From: Caldilineaceae bacterium
Lineage (GTDB): Bacteria; Chloroflexota; Anaerolineae; Caldilineales; Caldilineaceae
NCBI GenBank assembly: GCA_035574055.1
Contig: DATLZJ010000477.1
Location: 1-28,393 of the forward strand
Direction of reading: 5' to 3'
DNA: 28,393 bases
Part shown: positions 1 to 11,997 of the stretch, in pieces
Numbering within the stretch: the stretch's first letter is position 1
How the letters are laid out: each line of letters begins with the position of its first letter
Position numbers and translations under genes: made by a program
The notes under the pieces: model-generated
The model's input: only the letters and a program-made list of their open reading frames with translations
Told to the model about the DNA's origin: nothing
Databases searched by the model: none

Positions 1-96
1 CGCCGGTAAATACGCCGGTGGTCATGGAGAACACGGAGAAGATGGCGAAGAAAGAAAGGCCGGTTGCGCGCTCACCGCCTGCCTGCCATACCGTCC

Positions 97-954
97 TCAG
101 CCCCGGTCGAGCATACGCCGGAAGCTGCGCAGCCCAAAGCGGGTGCAGAGCACGACAAAGAGGGCCAGCACCGCGAGGTTGAGCCAGGGCGGCAGCGAGC
201 CGGCCCCAAAGAGCGAGGCGCGCAGCCCGTCCACCACATAGGTGGTGGGGTTGAGATAGGCCAGCACACGCATCCAAAGGGGCATGGCCGCCAGCGGATA
301 CAGGGCATTGCTCAGAAAGAGCAGGGGCAGGTTGAGCACAAAGAGCAACATATGATAGCCGCCCACGGACTTGCTGCGCGCGGCCACGCCGTTGCTAAAG
401 CCCACAAAGGCCATGACATAGAGCAACAGGTAGAGCAACGCCGCGGGCAGCCCAAGCGGCCCGCCCGCCAGCCGCGCGCCCAAGGCCAGTGCAATCGCCA
501 GGATGATCACCGACTGGAGCAGGGTCTTGACCAGCCCGCTGGCCGTGCTGGCGAGCAGGATGCTCAGGCGCGGGATGGGCGCGACGAAATACTCTTTGAG
601 AATGCCTTTGATCTTCTCCTCCAGCAGGGTCATGCCGCTGTTGACCGCGCCGCTGAGCGCGGTAAGGGCGATGATGCCGGGGGTAATGAAGGCCAGATAG
701 CTGCTGCTGCCCAGCAGATCGACGCGCACGACCTGCTCCATGCCGATGCCGAAGGTGGCAACCCAGAGCAGAGGCCAGCCCAACGTACCCCCGATCTCCA
801 TATGGTTGCTGCGGAACTTGAGCATGTGCTTGCGAAAGATGACCGACGCGCCCCGCCACAATTCGCGCCAGGCGGTTTGAGGGTGGGCGGGGGAAGCGGC
901 CAGCGGGTAGGCCGCCGCGGTCTGGTCCAAGGAACGGTCGAGATGACCCTGCAT
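97..954 (-). CDS. ABC-2 type (DrrB/NodJ-like) transporter permease, 285 aa
   Basis: Six hydrophobic segments and the ABC-2 signature YLAFITPGIIALTAL...EEKIKGILKEYFVAPIPRLSILL. Start moved from 1083 to ATG 954, which has a GGAGG SD just upstream. Confidence 0.9.
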   Translation of the reverse strand: MQGHLDRSLDQTAAAYPLAASPAHPQTAWRELWRGASVIFRKHMLKFRSNHMEIGGTLGWPLLWVATFGIGMEQVVRVDLLGSSSYLAFITPGIIALTALSGAVNSGMTLLEEKIKGILKEYFVAPIPRLSILLASTASGLVKTLLQSVIILAIALALGARLAGGPLGLPAALLYLLLYVMAFVGFSNGVAARSKSVGGYHMLLFVLNLPLLFLSNALYPLAAMPLWMRVLAYLNPTTYVVDGLRASLFGAGSLPPWLNLAVLALFVVLCTRFGLRSFRRMLDRG

Positions 955-1127
955 GACGCCTCCAGCGAGAATACCGTATGGGACTAGTGTACCCAATGCG
1001 CGGGAGAATCGGAAACCGAAAGGAAGCGCAAAGCGGTTGCGTTCCGCGGCAAGCTGTTGTACAGTAGCGGGTGCGCATCCCATCTCCCACTTCCATCGTT
1101 TATCTCATCTTATAGCTTCTCTTCATT

Positions 1128-1260
1128 AAAACTTGCCAAATCAACAGTTGCTAAGTCAGAAGTCGCTGAGCGAACATAGCCGGTTGAACGTTGCCGACGC
1201 AAGGTTATGCAAGTGAAACTTGACAGAGCGAAGATTGCCAAAGTGAAGATTGCTAAAGAG
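1128..1260 (+). repeat. Degenerate tandem array of about 9 units of 14-15 bp (consensus about AAnnTTGCYAARnn)
   Basis: TTGC-like cores at 1133, 1148, 1163, 1177, 1191, 1205, 1220, 1235 and 1250. The last two units, GAAGATTGCCAAAG and GAAGATTGCTAAAG, are 13/14 identical. Confidence 0.65.
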
Positions 1261-1270
1261 GAGGAGGCAG

Positions 1271-1624
1271 ATGACCCAGGTCCAAAGCCGGATTGGCCCT
1301 TTGCAGATAGGCATCATCCTGCTCGCCGTAGCGACGGCGGCCATTCACATCTGGCTGGCCGTCGCCGAGATGGACTTTGACCTGCTGTTCATCGCCAATG
1401 GCGTGGGCTACCTGGCGTTGGTCGCCGCGCTCTATGCGCCTCTGCCGGCGCTCGCGCCCTATCGCAACAGCGTGCGCTGGGTGTTGATCGCCTACACTGC
1501 GGTTACGGTGGTGCTATGGCTTTTGATCGGCGCGCGCACCCTCATCGCCTATATAGATAAGGCCATCGAGATTGGGCTGCTGCTCCTGTTGTGGATGGAG
1601 GGGCAGGCGGCGCGGCGCAGGTAG
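1271..1624 (+). CDS. Small multi-pass membrane protein of unknown function, 117 aa
   Basis: Strong SD (GAGGAGG) before ATG 1271; about 4 hydrophobic helices; host-like codon usage. Confidence 0.8.
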   Translation: MTQVQSRIGPLQIGIILLAVATAAIHIWLAVAEMDFDLLFIANGVGYLALVAALYAPLPALAPYRNSVRWVLIAYTAVTVVLWLLIGARTLIAYIDKAIEIGLLLLLWMEGQAARRR

Positions 1625-1767
1625 TGTTTGCTTTGCTTGACCGCTGACAGATCATGGCGCTAGCTCGCCGCCGGCGCAGGGAAGTCGCGCTGGCGGCTGC
1701 TGCCTATGCGCCGCAGGCGCGGCCTCCGGTATCACTTGTGGCGCACACGCATGGGTTATGTCAGAGC

Positions 1768-1881
1768 GTGCGCTAAAATAGCGCACCTACGAGGCCGCCA
1801 GGATGCCAGCCATCGCGTAGGTGCGGCATCCTGCCGCACATGTGCGCCGGGCGCGAGCGTGCGCTATCCTAGCGCACCTAC
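1768..1881. repeat. BIME/REPIN-like cluster of three GTAG-type REP palindromes in alternating orientation
   Basis: 1768-1790 (minus: GTAG-GTGCGCTA-ttt-TAGCGCAC), 1817-1839 (plus: GTAG-GTGCGGCA-tcc-TGCCGCAC), 1859-1881 (minus: GTAG-GTGCGCTA-gga-TAGCGCAC). 1764-1792 and 1855-1883 are 26/29 identical. Confidence 0.8.
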
Positions 1882-1986
1882 GATAGTAGCGGGCCTGACC
1901 AATGGTAGAACAATGAAGCGAATTTTGCGAACCCCCTACCCGCTGCCGGACCCAACAAGATGAAGGCTCTTTTAGCATGTGAAAAT

Positions 1987-2016
1987 TTGCGCGATTAAAA
2001 AAGCGGCTGCTATAAT
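1987..2016 (+). promoter_or_regulatory. Sigma70-type promoter of the atp operon
   Basis: TTGCGC-N18-TATAAT with an extended -10 (TGcTATAAT), 40 bp upstream of the first atp ORF. Confidence 0.7.
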
Positions 2017-2056
2017 CGCCGTACTGTCAGCTAGAGGGACGCTCACCCGGTAGAAC

Positions 2057-2314
2057 ATGCACACCAGGCACATCAATCTGCGGCGGCTCACTCAAACCTT
2101 CTTGTTTGTGCTGGTACTGCCCTCAAGTTTTGCCGTGGCCCTGGACCTGCTCTCCGGCTTTTTTCCGTACATCACGATTGCCGCCGTACTCATCGTCTTT
2201 CCGGTTGCCGCCATTGTGATTAGCCGGACTGCACTGCAAGAGTTGGAGCGAGTCATCGAAGAGGTCGCGCCTCCCACCCAACCTGTGACGGAGCCGCGCG
2301 GCGAGACCGGCTAG
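2057..2314 (+). CDS. AtpZ/AtpI-family two-helix protein (ATP synthase gene 1), 85 aa
   Basis: First ORF of the atp operon; two hydrophobic segments around ALDLLSGFFPYITI, resembling the lD...g..P.f pattern of this family. Confidence 0.7.
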   Translation: MHTRHINLRRLTQTFLFVLVLPSSFAVALDLLSGFFPYITIAAVLIVFPVAAIVISRTALQELERVIEEVAPPTQPVTEPRGETG

Positions 2315-2354
2315 CTGTTTGTGCCATGCAATATCGGGCCATGCATTAGAGCCT

Positions 2355-2374
2355 GGAGCGCCATCTGGCGCTCC
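2355..2374. other. Perfect 9-bp inverted repeat (hairpin) between the atpZ/I-like gene and atpB
   Basis: GGAGCGCCA-tc-TGGCGCTCC. Confidence 0.5.
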
Positions 2375-2451
2375 CAAACCATACGAACCAGGGTGGCTGC
2401 TTGTGCGCTGCCCGCGACCTAAAGGCGTACCACCTACAGGGGTAAGCGAGC

Positions 2452-3831
2452 ATGGAAAGCAACGAACCAAGACCAAACGCCGAATCACAAGAGCCTGAGT
2501 CTCAACAGCCGGCGCCGCAACCGGCAGTGTCCCGACCGGTGGAATCCCAGCCGGCCGTCGAACCAGCGCCCGGCGCCGAGGCGGCTGCGTCTGTCGAGCG
2601 CCGACCCGTCGTCGTGAGTGCGACGCCAGCAGCGCCCGCCGAGCCGACCGAGCCATACCCGGCCAGCCCGACGAGCACGCCTGCCGTTCCGTTGACCGGT
2701 CCCGGCCAGCCCAAGCCCAACATCTTCCAGCGTACATGGGACCGCTCCCAAGCCTGGGTGCAGGCCAACCCACGGCGGGCCGCTATCTGGGCCGGGGCGA
2801 TTTTACTCCTGATCATCGGCTTCTTTATTCCCGTGGAAGAGCCGCATGTAGCGCTGTCGGGGGAGCCGATCTTCTCGCAAGGCCCCTGGTGGCTGACCAA
2901 CTCCATCCTGACGACCTTGCTCATAGACCTGATCATCCTGCTGCTGGCGCTGTCGGCGACCCTGCGGATGCAGATGATCCCCAGCGGGATGCAGAACTTC
3001 ATGGAGATGGTCATCGAGTACCTCTATGGGCTGGCCGAGAGCATCGCCGGGCGCGACGCCCAGCGCTTCTTCCCCTGGGTCGCCACCATCTTCTTCCTGG
3101 TCATCATCTCCAACTGGTCGGGGCTGATCCCCGGTGTGGGCAGCATCGGCTACTTCCAGAGTGAGGTTCACTTGGAGGAGCCGCACCAGGAGGAGGAAGA
3201 GCAGCAGGGCGAGCAGGCGTTGTCTATGGACCGCCAGCTTGCTATGGCCGACGGCAACCTCATGGTCGTGCTGCCGGCGCCTGCTCCACAGGAAGGTGAA
3301 GGCCAAGGACAGGAGCCGCTGCCGGGAGAGACCGAAGCAGCAGCCCACGAGGCGCACTTTGTCCCGCTCTTCCGCTCGCCCAGCGCCGACCTCAACCTCA
3401 CCTTTGCCCTGGCCCTGACCGTCATGGTCATGGTGCAGGTTTGGGGCATCCGGGCGTTGGGGGGAAGCTACTTCAGGAAGTTCTTCAACGCCAGCGGCCA
3501 GGGCTTCATGAAAGGCATCAACATCTTTGTGGGCCTGTTGGAGCTGATCAGTGAGTTCTCCCGCTTGATCGCCTTTGGCTTTCGTCTTTTTGGCAATATC
3601 TTTGCCGGCGAGGTCGTGCTGGCGACCATGGCCTTCCTGATCCCTTTCCTGCTGCCCGTTCCCTTCTACATCCTGGAGGTCTTTGTAGGCTTGGTGCAGG
3701 CGCTGGTCTTTATGATGTTGGCGCTGGTCTTCTTCAGCATGGCGACCATCAGCCACGGCCATAACGATCATGGCGAGCACCACGGACACGGCGAGGGCCA
3801 GCAGGTTGTCCATGAGGGCGCGCCCATCTAG
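2452..3831 (+). CDS. atpB: F0F1 ATP synthase subunit a, unusually long (459 aa)
   Basis: Motifs [39 protein letters not shown] (essential Arg) and [12 protein letters not shown]; position in the operon. Confidence 0.97.
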   Translation: MESNEPRPNAESQEPESQQPAPQPAVSRPVESQPAVEPAPGAEAAASVERRPVVVSATPAAPAEPTEPYPASPTSTPAVPLTGPGQPKPNIFQRTWDRSQAWVQANPRRAAIWAGAILLLIIGFFIPVEEPHVALSGEPIFSQGPWWLTNSILTTLLIDLIILLLALSATLRMQMIPSGMQNFMEMVIEYLYGLAESIAGRDAQRFFPWVATIFFLVIISNWSGLIPGVGSIGYFQSEVHLEEPHQEEEEQQGEQALSMDRQLAMADGNLMVVLPAPAPQEGEGQGQEPLPGETEAAAHEAHFVPLFRSPSADLNLTFALALTVMVMVQVWGIRALGGSYFRKFFNASGQGFMKGINIFVGLLELISEFSRLIAFGFRLFGNIFAGEVVLATMAFLIPFLLPVPFYILEVFVGLVQALVFMMLALVFFSMATISHGHNDHGEHHGHGEGQQVVHEGAPI

Positions 3832-3926
3832 GCCATCGAGGACCGCAAGCGCGCCTCATGGGCGAAGGCGATGGGCACAGCCGGTCATGCCTTCGTTTGT
3901 ACGAGCTACTTAATTCATACTCATGA

Positions 3927-4178
<252 letters not shown>

Positions 4179-4271
4179 GCGAAGCCTACCCGCGCAGGCC
4201 GGCGCAGTTGGGGATCAATCTGCTGCCGGCTTCGCTAACCGGCTACCTGTTTGTCTCAAAGGAGGCGTACC

Positions 4272-4775
4272 TTGGACCAATTAGGAATTAGCGGCGGCCT
4301 TCTCGTCTCCCAAATCGTCAACTTTCTGCTCCTGATGATTATCCTGCGGCTGGTGCTCTATGGGCCGGTGCTGCGGATGCTGGAGGCGCGCAAGGAGCGG
4401 ATTGCCCAGGGCATGCGCGACGCCGAGCGCGTTGCTGCGGCGGCCCAAGAGGCTGAGGCCGAAAAGGCCAAGGTTTTGGATGCCGCCCGCCGCGAGGCGC
4501 AGGAGATCCGCGCCCAGGCGACACGCGATGCCGAGAAGATCGCCCAGGAGATTCGCTCACGCGCCGAGCAAGAGGCGACCGAAATTCGCATGAAGGCGCA
4601 GGAAGACGCCGAGCGCCAGGTGCAGTCGGCGTTGGCCGACGCCAACCGCCAGATCGCCGAGCTGGCGATCCTGGCGACCGAGCAACTGCTTGGGCGAGAA
4701 CTTGCCCAGCGCAGCGAGCAGGAACGCTTTGTTTCTGACTTCATTGCCCAGTACAACGGGGGCGCAACGCGATGA
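4272..4775 (+). CDS. atpF: F0F1 ATP synthase subunit b, 167 aa
   Basis: N-terminal TM helix ([12 protein letters not shown]...YGPV) followed by a long Ala/Glu/Arg coiled coil; TTG start 4272 with AAAGGAGG SD. Confidence 0.95.
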   Translation: MDQLGISGGLLVSQIVNFLLLMIILRLVLYGPVLRMLEARKERIAQGMRDAERVAAAAQEAEAEKAKVLDAARREAQEIRAQATRDAEKIAQEIRSRAEQEATEIRMKAQEDAERQVQSALADANRQIAELAILATEQLLGRELAQRSEQERFVSDFIAQYNGGATR

Positions 4776-5305
4776 GCGATAAGCAAGCGCAGGCGCAGCG
4801 CTATGCCCAAGCCGTCTTTCAGGCGATGCTGGAGCGGTGGCAAACTGCGCTGGATCAAGTCCAGGCTGTGCTCAACCAGGATAAAAAGCTTCGCGCCTTG
4901 GTGATGGATGGCAGCAAGGATTTCAACCAGCGAGCCGAGGCGCTGGAGGCTGCGCTGCCGGCGGGGCTATCCGTCGAGATCGTCAACCTGCTCAAGCTCA
5001 TGCTCCAGCAGGGCGATTTGGACTTACTGCCGGAAGTGGCGCTCGCCTTGGGCCAGATCGGCAGCGGCCAACGCATACCGACCAAGGCCGAGATCACCAG
5101 CGCCGTCGAGCTGACCGACAAAGAGCGTGAGGCCCTGCGCCGCACGCTGACCCAACAGTTCGGCGAAGGGCTGGTCTTCAGCTTCCATGTGGACCCGTCC
5201 TTGATGGGCGGGCTGCGTGTACGTGTGGGCGACCGTCTGATTGACACCTCTGTCGCCAGCCGCCTGGCCGCGCTGCGCGAATCTCTCTCGTCGGTCGTCC
5301 GCTAG
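4772..5305 (+). CDS. atpH: F0F1 ATP synthase subunit delta, 177 aa
   Basis: A.RYA.A N-terminus and [23 protein letters not shown]-terminal motif; ATGA overlap with atpF. Confidence 0.95.
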   Translation: MSDKQAQAQRYAQAVFQAMLERWQTALDQVQAVLNQDKKLRALVMDGSKDFNQRAEALEAALPAGLSVEIVNLLKLMLQQGDLDLLPEVALALGQIGSGQRIPTKAEITSAVELTDKEREALRRTLTQQFGEGLVFSFHVDPSLMGGLRVRVGDRLIDTSVASRLAALRESLSSVVR

Positions 5306-5359
5306 TCCATGGCCTTGGCCTGATTCGCCCCGGAGTGGGCGTGGTTGGAGGAACCCACA

Positions 5360-6880
<1,521 letters not shown>

Positions 6881-6959
6881 CACAACCCGTGGTGCGGGTC
6901 ATGATGAATGGGGATGAGAGCAATCGGAATGGGTAGCTCTGAAAGACGAGGGTTGCACC

Positions 6960-7841
6960 TTGGCTAGTACACGAGAAATCCGGCGGCGTATCCGCTCAGT
7001 CACAAACATTGCCCAGGTCACCAAGGCGATGGAGGCGGTGTCGGCGGCCAAGATGCGCAAGGCGCAGCAGCAAGTGCTGGCGACCCGGCCCTATGCCGAG
7101 CAGGCGCATGAGGTGCTTTCCTACATCGCGCGCCTGACGACGGTGGAAAGCGAGATGAATCCCTTGCTCCGGCCGCGCCCGGCCATCAACCGGGTCGGGT
7201 TGCTGCTGGTGACGGCGGACCGCGGTCTGGCCGGCGGCTTTAACGCCAATGTGATCCGCAAGGCCGCCTTGTTCATGCGCGAGCGCCGGCAAGCGGGCGC
7301 CAGCGTCGAGGTTGTTACCGTGGGCCGCAAAGGGCGAGATTGGCTGTTGCGCTACGACCCGGTGATCCGGGCCGAGTTCACGGGAATGCCCGACAGCCCG
7401 ACGGCGGCGGATGTGGGGCCGGTGGCCCGGGTGCTGGTAGATGACTTCACCCAGGGCCACTTCGACGAGGTCTATACCGTCTATACGGACTTCGTCAACA
7501 CGCTCCGCCAGGTGCCGGTGGTCAAGAAGCTCCTGCCCATCGAGCCGGCGCAACCGTCGGTCACCATGGCGCCCGACTATATCTTCGAGCCGTCGCCCGA
7601 AGCCGTGCTCAACCAGGTGTTGTACGGCTTTATCGAGGTCCAAATCTTGCAGTCGATCTTTGAGTCCATCGCCAGCGAGCATTCGGCGCGTATGGTCGCC
7701 ATGCGCAACGCCACCGATGCAGCCAATGAGTTGATTGACGTGCTGACGCTGACCTATAACAAGGCGCGCCAGGAAGGCATCACCAGCGAGTTGATGGACA
7801 TTATCGGCGGCAGTGTGGCGCTCTCGGCCCAGGCAGCGTAA
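6960..7841 (+). CDS. atpG: F0F1 ATP synthase subunit gamma, 293 aa
   Basis: [55 protein letters not shown]. Confidence 0.98.
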   Translation: MASTREIRRRIRSVTNIAQVTKAMEAVSAAKMRKAQQQVLATRPYAEQAHEVLSYIARLTTVESEMNPLLRPRPAINRVGLLLVTADRGLAGGFNANVIRKAALFMRERRQAGASVEVVTVGRKGRDWLLRYDPVIRAEFTGMPDSPTAADVGPVARVLVDDFTQGHFDEVYTVYTDFVNTLRQVPVVKKLLPIEPAQPSVTMAPDYIFEPSPEAVLNQVLYGFIEVQILQSIFESIASEHSARMVAMRNATDAANELIDVLTLTYNKARQEGITSELMDIIGGSVALSAQAA

Positions 7842-9293
<1,452 letters not shown>

Positions 9294-9299
9294 ACCGGT

Positions 9300-9740
9300 A
9301 TGCCCATCAAGGTTGACATTGTGACCCCAGAGCGGCGTCTGGTGTCCGATGAGGTTGACATGGTGACTCTGCCCGGCATCGAGGGACAGATGGGCGTCAT
9401 GCGCGGCCACGCGCCGCTGATGACGCTGCTGGACATCGGCGAGATCGTCCTGCATAAGGGCAGCGACACCCGGTACATCGCCGTTGGCGGCGGGGTGGTG
9501 GAGGTGCGCCCGGACAAGGTAACAGTGCTGGCCGAGACCGCCGAATCCGCCGAGGAGATTGATGAGACACGGGCCGCGGCCGCGCGCGAGCGCGCCAGGC
9601 AGTTGCTGGCCGAAAACCCGCCGGTCGAGCGCAAGCTGGTCATCGAGGCGGCGCTGCGACGCAGCAACCTGCGGCTGAAGGTGGCGCGGCGGCGAGGTCG
9701 CCAACGCCAGGGGCCTTCCTTTGAGGATGAGCAACAGTAG
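9300..9740 (+). CDS. atpC: F0F1 ATP synthase subunit epsilon, 146 aa
   Basis: [36 protein letters not shown] helical hairpin. Confidence 0.97.
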   Translation: MPIKVDIVTPERRLVSDEVDMVTLPGIEGQMGVMRGHAPLMTLLDIGEIVLHKGSDTRYIAVGGGVVEVRPDKVTVLAETAESAEEIDETRAAAARERARQLLAENPPVERKLVIEAALRRSNLRLKVARRRGRQRQGPSFEDEQQ

Positions 9741-9858
9741 CGCCGGACCCAGGGTCGTACATGGCGTGCGTTGTTGTACGCAGGGCGCCGCTCTGCCTGC
9801 GCGCGCAGCGGCCCCTATCCACCCTTGGGGAACGGTCAACGCAACGTGAGGAAAACCT

Positions 9859-9896
9859 GTGACCGGGTTCTTGTTGTAGGAACCCGGTCGCTTATT
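9859..9896 (+). terminator. Probable intrinsic terminator of the atp operon
   Basis: Perfect 10-bp stem GACCGGGTTC (9861-9870) / GAACCCGGTC (9880-9889), followed by a short T-rich tail. Confidence 0.6.
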
Positions 9897-9923
9897 GGGT
9901 GCAAATCCTTCACAGCGCCTGCC

Positions 9924-9970
9924 GATATCTATTGGATGTCTATTTGATGTCTAGTTGATGTCTGCTTGAT
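9924..9970 (+). repeat. Four tandem 11-bp direct repeats at the mreB promoter
   Basis: GATATCTATTG, GATGTCTATTT, GATGTCTAGTT, GATGTCTGCTT, then a fifth GAT. Confidence 0.8.
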
Positions 9971-9995
9971 TCCCGGTGAGGGCGGCTGTTATACT
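9966..9995 (+). promoter_or_regulatory. Sigma70-type promoter for mreB
   Basis: TTGATT-N18-TATACT with an extended TG at 9987-9988. Confidence 0.6.
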
Positions 9996-10174
9996 TGTGC
10001 TTGTCGTGTAGTGGTTACGCAGCGCCACTCGCCCGGCCGCGGGTAGCCCACGGCTTTCTGCTCGGCTTTATACCCGGCAGTTGATCCATGCCGGTTGATG
10101 GATAGGCGCCGGGGTTGCCTGGTTTGGGTGGTGCAGGGGACGGGGTCCCAAAAGGTCTACGCGCCAAAAAGCCT

Positions 10175-11200
10175 ATGTTCCAAAAACATATTGGGATTGA
10201 CTTAGGTACCGTCAACGTGCTGGTCCACGTCAAAGGCCGGGGCATCGTTATGCACGAGCCTTCGGTGGTGGCGATCCGGCTGCGCGACAACAAAATGGTG
10301 GCCGTGGGCCATGAGGCATATGATATGCTCGGGCGCACGCCAGAAAGCATCGAGGTGGCGCGGCCCATGCGCGACGGCGTTATCGCCGACTTTGTCGTCA
10401 CCGAGGCCATGTTGCGCTACTTCATCCAGGCCATTGTGGGCGATATGAACCGGCTGCTCAGCCCGCTCTTCAAGCCGAAGGTCATGATCAGCACGCCCAA
10501 AGGGGTGACGAGCGTCGAGGAGCGGGCGGTTCACGACGCCGCCATGCAGGCTGGGGCCGGGGCTGCCTATCTGATCCCGGAGCCGCTGGCTGCGGCCTAT
10601 GGCGCCGGTCTGCCCATCGGCACCCCCACGGGCAATATGGTGGTAGATATGGGCGGCGGCACCACCGAAGCGGCGGTGGTCTCTATGTATGACATTGTGG
10701 TATGGAGCAGCGTGCGCGTGGGTGGGAACCGCTTTGACGAGGCCATTGTCAACTACATTCGCAAAAAGTATAACCTGCTGATCGGCGAGCAGACGGCGGA
10801 GGAGATCAAAATCGCCATCGGCAGCGCGCTGCCTCTGGAGGAGGAGCGCTCGATGGAGGTGCGCGGCCGTGACCAGGTGACGGGGCTGCCCAAGATCATG
10901 CAGATCACCAGCAGCGAAGTCACCGAAGCGATCCAGGAGCCATTGCAGGCGGTGGTGAGCACGGTGCGGGCGACGCTGGAAAAGACGCCGCCGGAGCTGG
11001 CCGCCGATATCATTGATCGCGGCATGGTGATGACAGGCGGCGGCGCCCAGCTCCGCAATATCGCCCAGCTCTTGACCCAGGAGACGGGCGTCCCCGCCTA
11101 TGTAGCCGAAAATCCTATCGCCTGTGTTGCACTGGGTGCGGGCCGGGCGCTGGAAAACTATGAAATCATGCGGCGCAGCCTGCCCATTGTGCCGGGGTGA
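10175..11200 (+). CDS. mreB: MreB/Mbl-family actin-like rod-shape protein, 341 aa; no mreC/mreD adjacent
   Basis: [52 protein letters not shown]-type motif (MTGGGA). The start could instead be TTG 10115. Confidence 0.95.
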   Translation: MFQKHIGIDLGTVNVLVHVKGRGIVMHEPSVVAIRLRDNKMVAVGHEAYDMLGRTPESIEVARPMRDGVIADFVVTEAMLRYFIQAIVGDMNRLLSPLFKPKVMISTPKGVTSVEERAVHDAAMQAGAGAAYLIPEPLAAAYGAGLPIGTPTGNMVVDMGGGTTEAAVVSMYDIVVWSSVRVGGNRFDEAIVNYIRKKYNLLIGEQTAEEIKIAIGSALPLEEERSMEVRGRDQVTGLPKIMQITSSEVTEAIQEPLQAVVSTVRATLEKTPPELAADIIDRGMVMTGGGAQLRNIAQLLTQETGVPAYVAENPIACVALGAGRALENYEIMRRSLPIVPG

Positions 11201-11330
11201 TGGCGGCGAAAGCCATGCGCTAAACTCGACTGTACCAAGTTAGTCCAAAATTGTTGTACACTTTGTTGCATAGGTTTTCTATGCCGGTCTCGTACCGGTC
11301 TTGAATAGGTGGAATTGGTCTTCTTCGGAT

Positions 11331-11371
11331 TTGCCGAACTATGAGAGTTTGATTACAATTTAATCTACTCT
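11331..11371 (+). promoter_or_regulatory. Promoter for ridA with an overlapping imperfect palindrome (candidate operator)
   Basis: TTGCCG-N17-TACAAT; AGAGT-tt-GATTA-caatt-TAATC-t-ACTCT (11344-11371) is centred on the -10. Confidence 0.5.
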
Positions 11372-11452
11372 TAAGGTGAGGCGGTTGTCGCCCCTTTGGT
11401 GAATGATTTCGTTCTGCTACCCACGCATCCCAGCGCACAAGAGGTCCACCAA

Positions 11453-11836
11453 TTGAGCCGCGAAGCTGTTTCGACACAGCGCGCGCCTGCGGCGGTCGGC
11501 CCGTACTCCCAGGCCATCCGCGCCAATGATTTTGTCTTTGCCTCTGGGCAGCTTGGCCTGGACCCGGCCACGGGCAAGCTGCGTGAGGGGCTGGAAGACC
11601 AAACGCGCCAGGCGCTTGCGAATTTGGCCGCAGTCTTGCAGAGCGCCGGCGCGAGCATGGCAAGCGTCGTCAAGACGACCATCTTCCTAGTGGACATCTC
11701 CCAATTCGCCACAGTCAACGCCATCTATGGGTCGGCTTTCCCCGGCCCACCGCCGGCGCGCAGCACTGTGCAGGTGGCAGCGCTCCCATTGGGGGGGCTG
11801 GTCGAAATCGAGGCGATTGCGCTGGTCGAGCCGTAA
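11453..11836 (+). CDS. ridA: RidA/YjgF/UK114 family imine deaminase, 127 aa
   Basis: [31 protein letters not shown]...[25 protein letters not shown] with the catalytic Arg; TTG start 11453 with AAGAGG SD. Confidence 0.95.
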   Translation: MSREAVSTQRAPAAVGPYSQAIRANDFVFASGQLGLDPATGKLREGLEDQTRQALANLAAVLQSAGASMASVVKTTIFLVDISQFATVNAIYGSAFPGPPPARSTVQVAALPLGGLVEIEAIALVEP

Positions 11837-11845
11837 CGGCAGGGG

Positions 11846-11897
11846 GACCGCCCGCTTGCCGCCTGATCGCGCAGGCAAGTGGTCGGGGTGGTTTTGT
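11846..11897 (+). terminator. Possible terminator hairpin after ridA
   Basis: GACC...CGCTTGCC / GGCAAGTG-GTC imperfect stem followed by GGTTTTGTT. Confidence 0.35.
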
Positions 11898-11899
11898 TC

Positions 11900-11949
11900 G
11901 GAATCGGTCTTTAGGAATCGGTATTGTCGCTCTAGGTATTGTCGCTCTA
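11900..11949 (+). repeat. Short tandem duplications upstream of rpsA
   Basis: GGAATCGGT at 11900 and 11914; GGTATTGTCGCTCTA perfectly duplicated at 11920-11934 and 11935-11949. Confidence 0.75.
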
Positions 11950-11997
11950 ATCGTTGGGCAGTTCTATTCTTTCTTTTCGGAGGACGTTTCATTCATT

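Noticed and set aside
1-89. Possible start of a downstream minus-strand gene (e.g. ATG at 25 giving MTTGVFTG)
   Set aside because: Too short at the window edge; the only SD-preceded ATG (89) hits a stop after 5 codons.
64-987. 307-aa plus-strand ORF opposite the ABC permease
   Set aside because: Shadow ORF of a GC3-rich gene; no recognisable motifs.
1128-1260. CRISPR array or pentapeptide-repeat gene as an explanation of the 14-15 bp repeats
   Set aside because: No unique spacers, units too short, no cas genes; the coding reading is interrupted by TAG at 1177-1179.
1977-1994. Rex-like operator (ATGTGAA-aatt-TGCGCGA) at the atp promoter, and a similar half-site near 9909
   Set aside because: Only one half-site matches TTGTGAA-N4-TTCACAA in each case.
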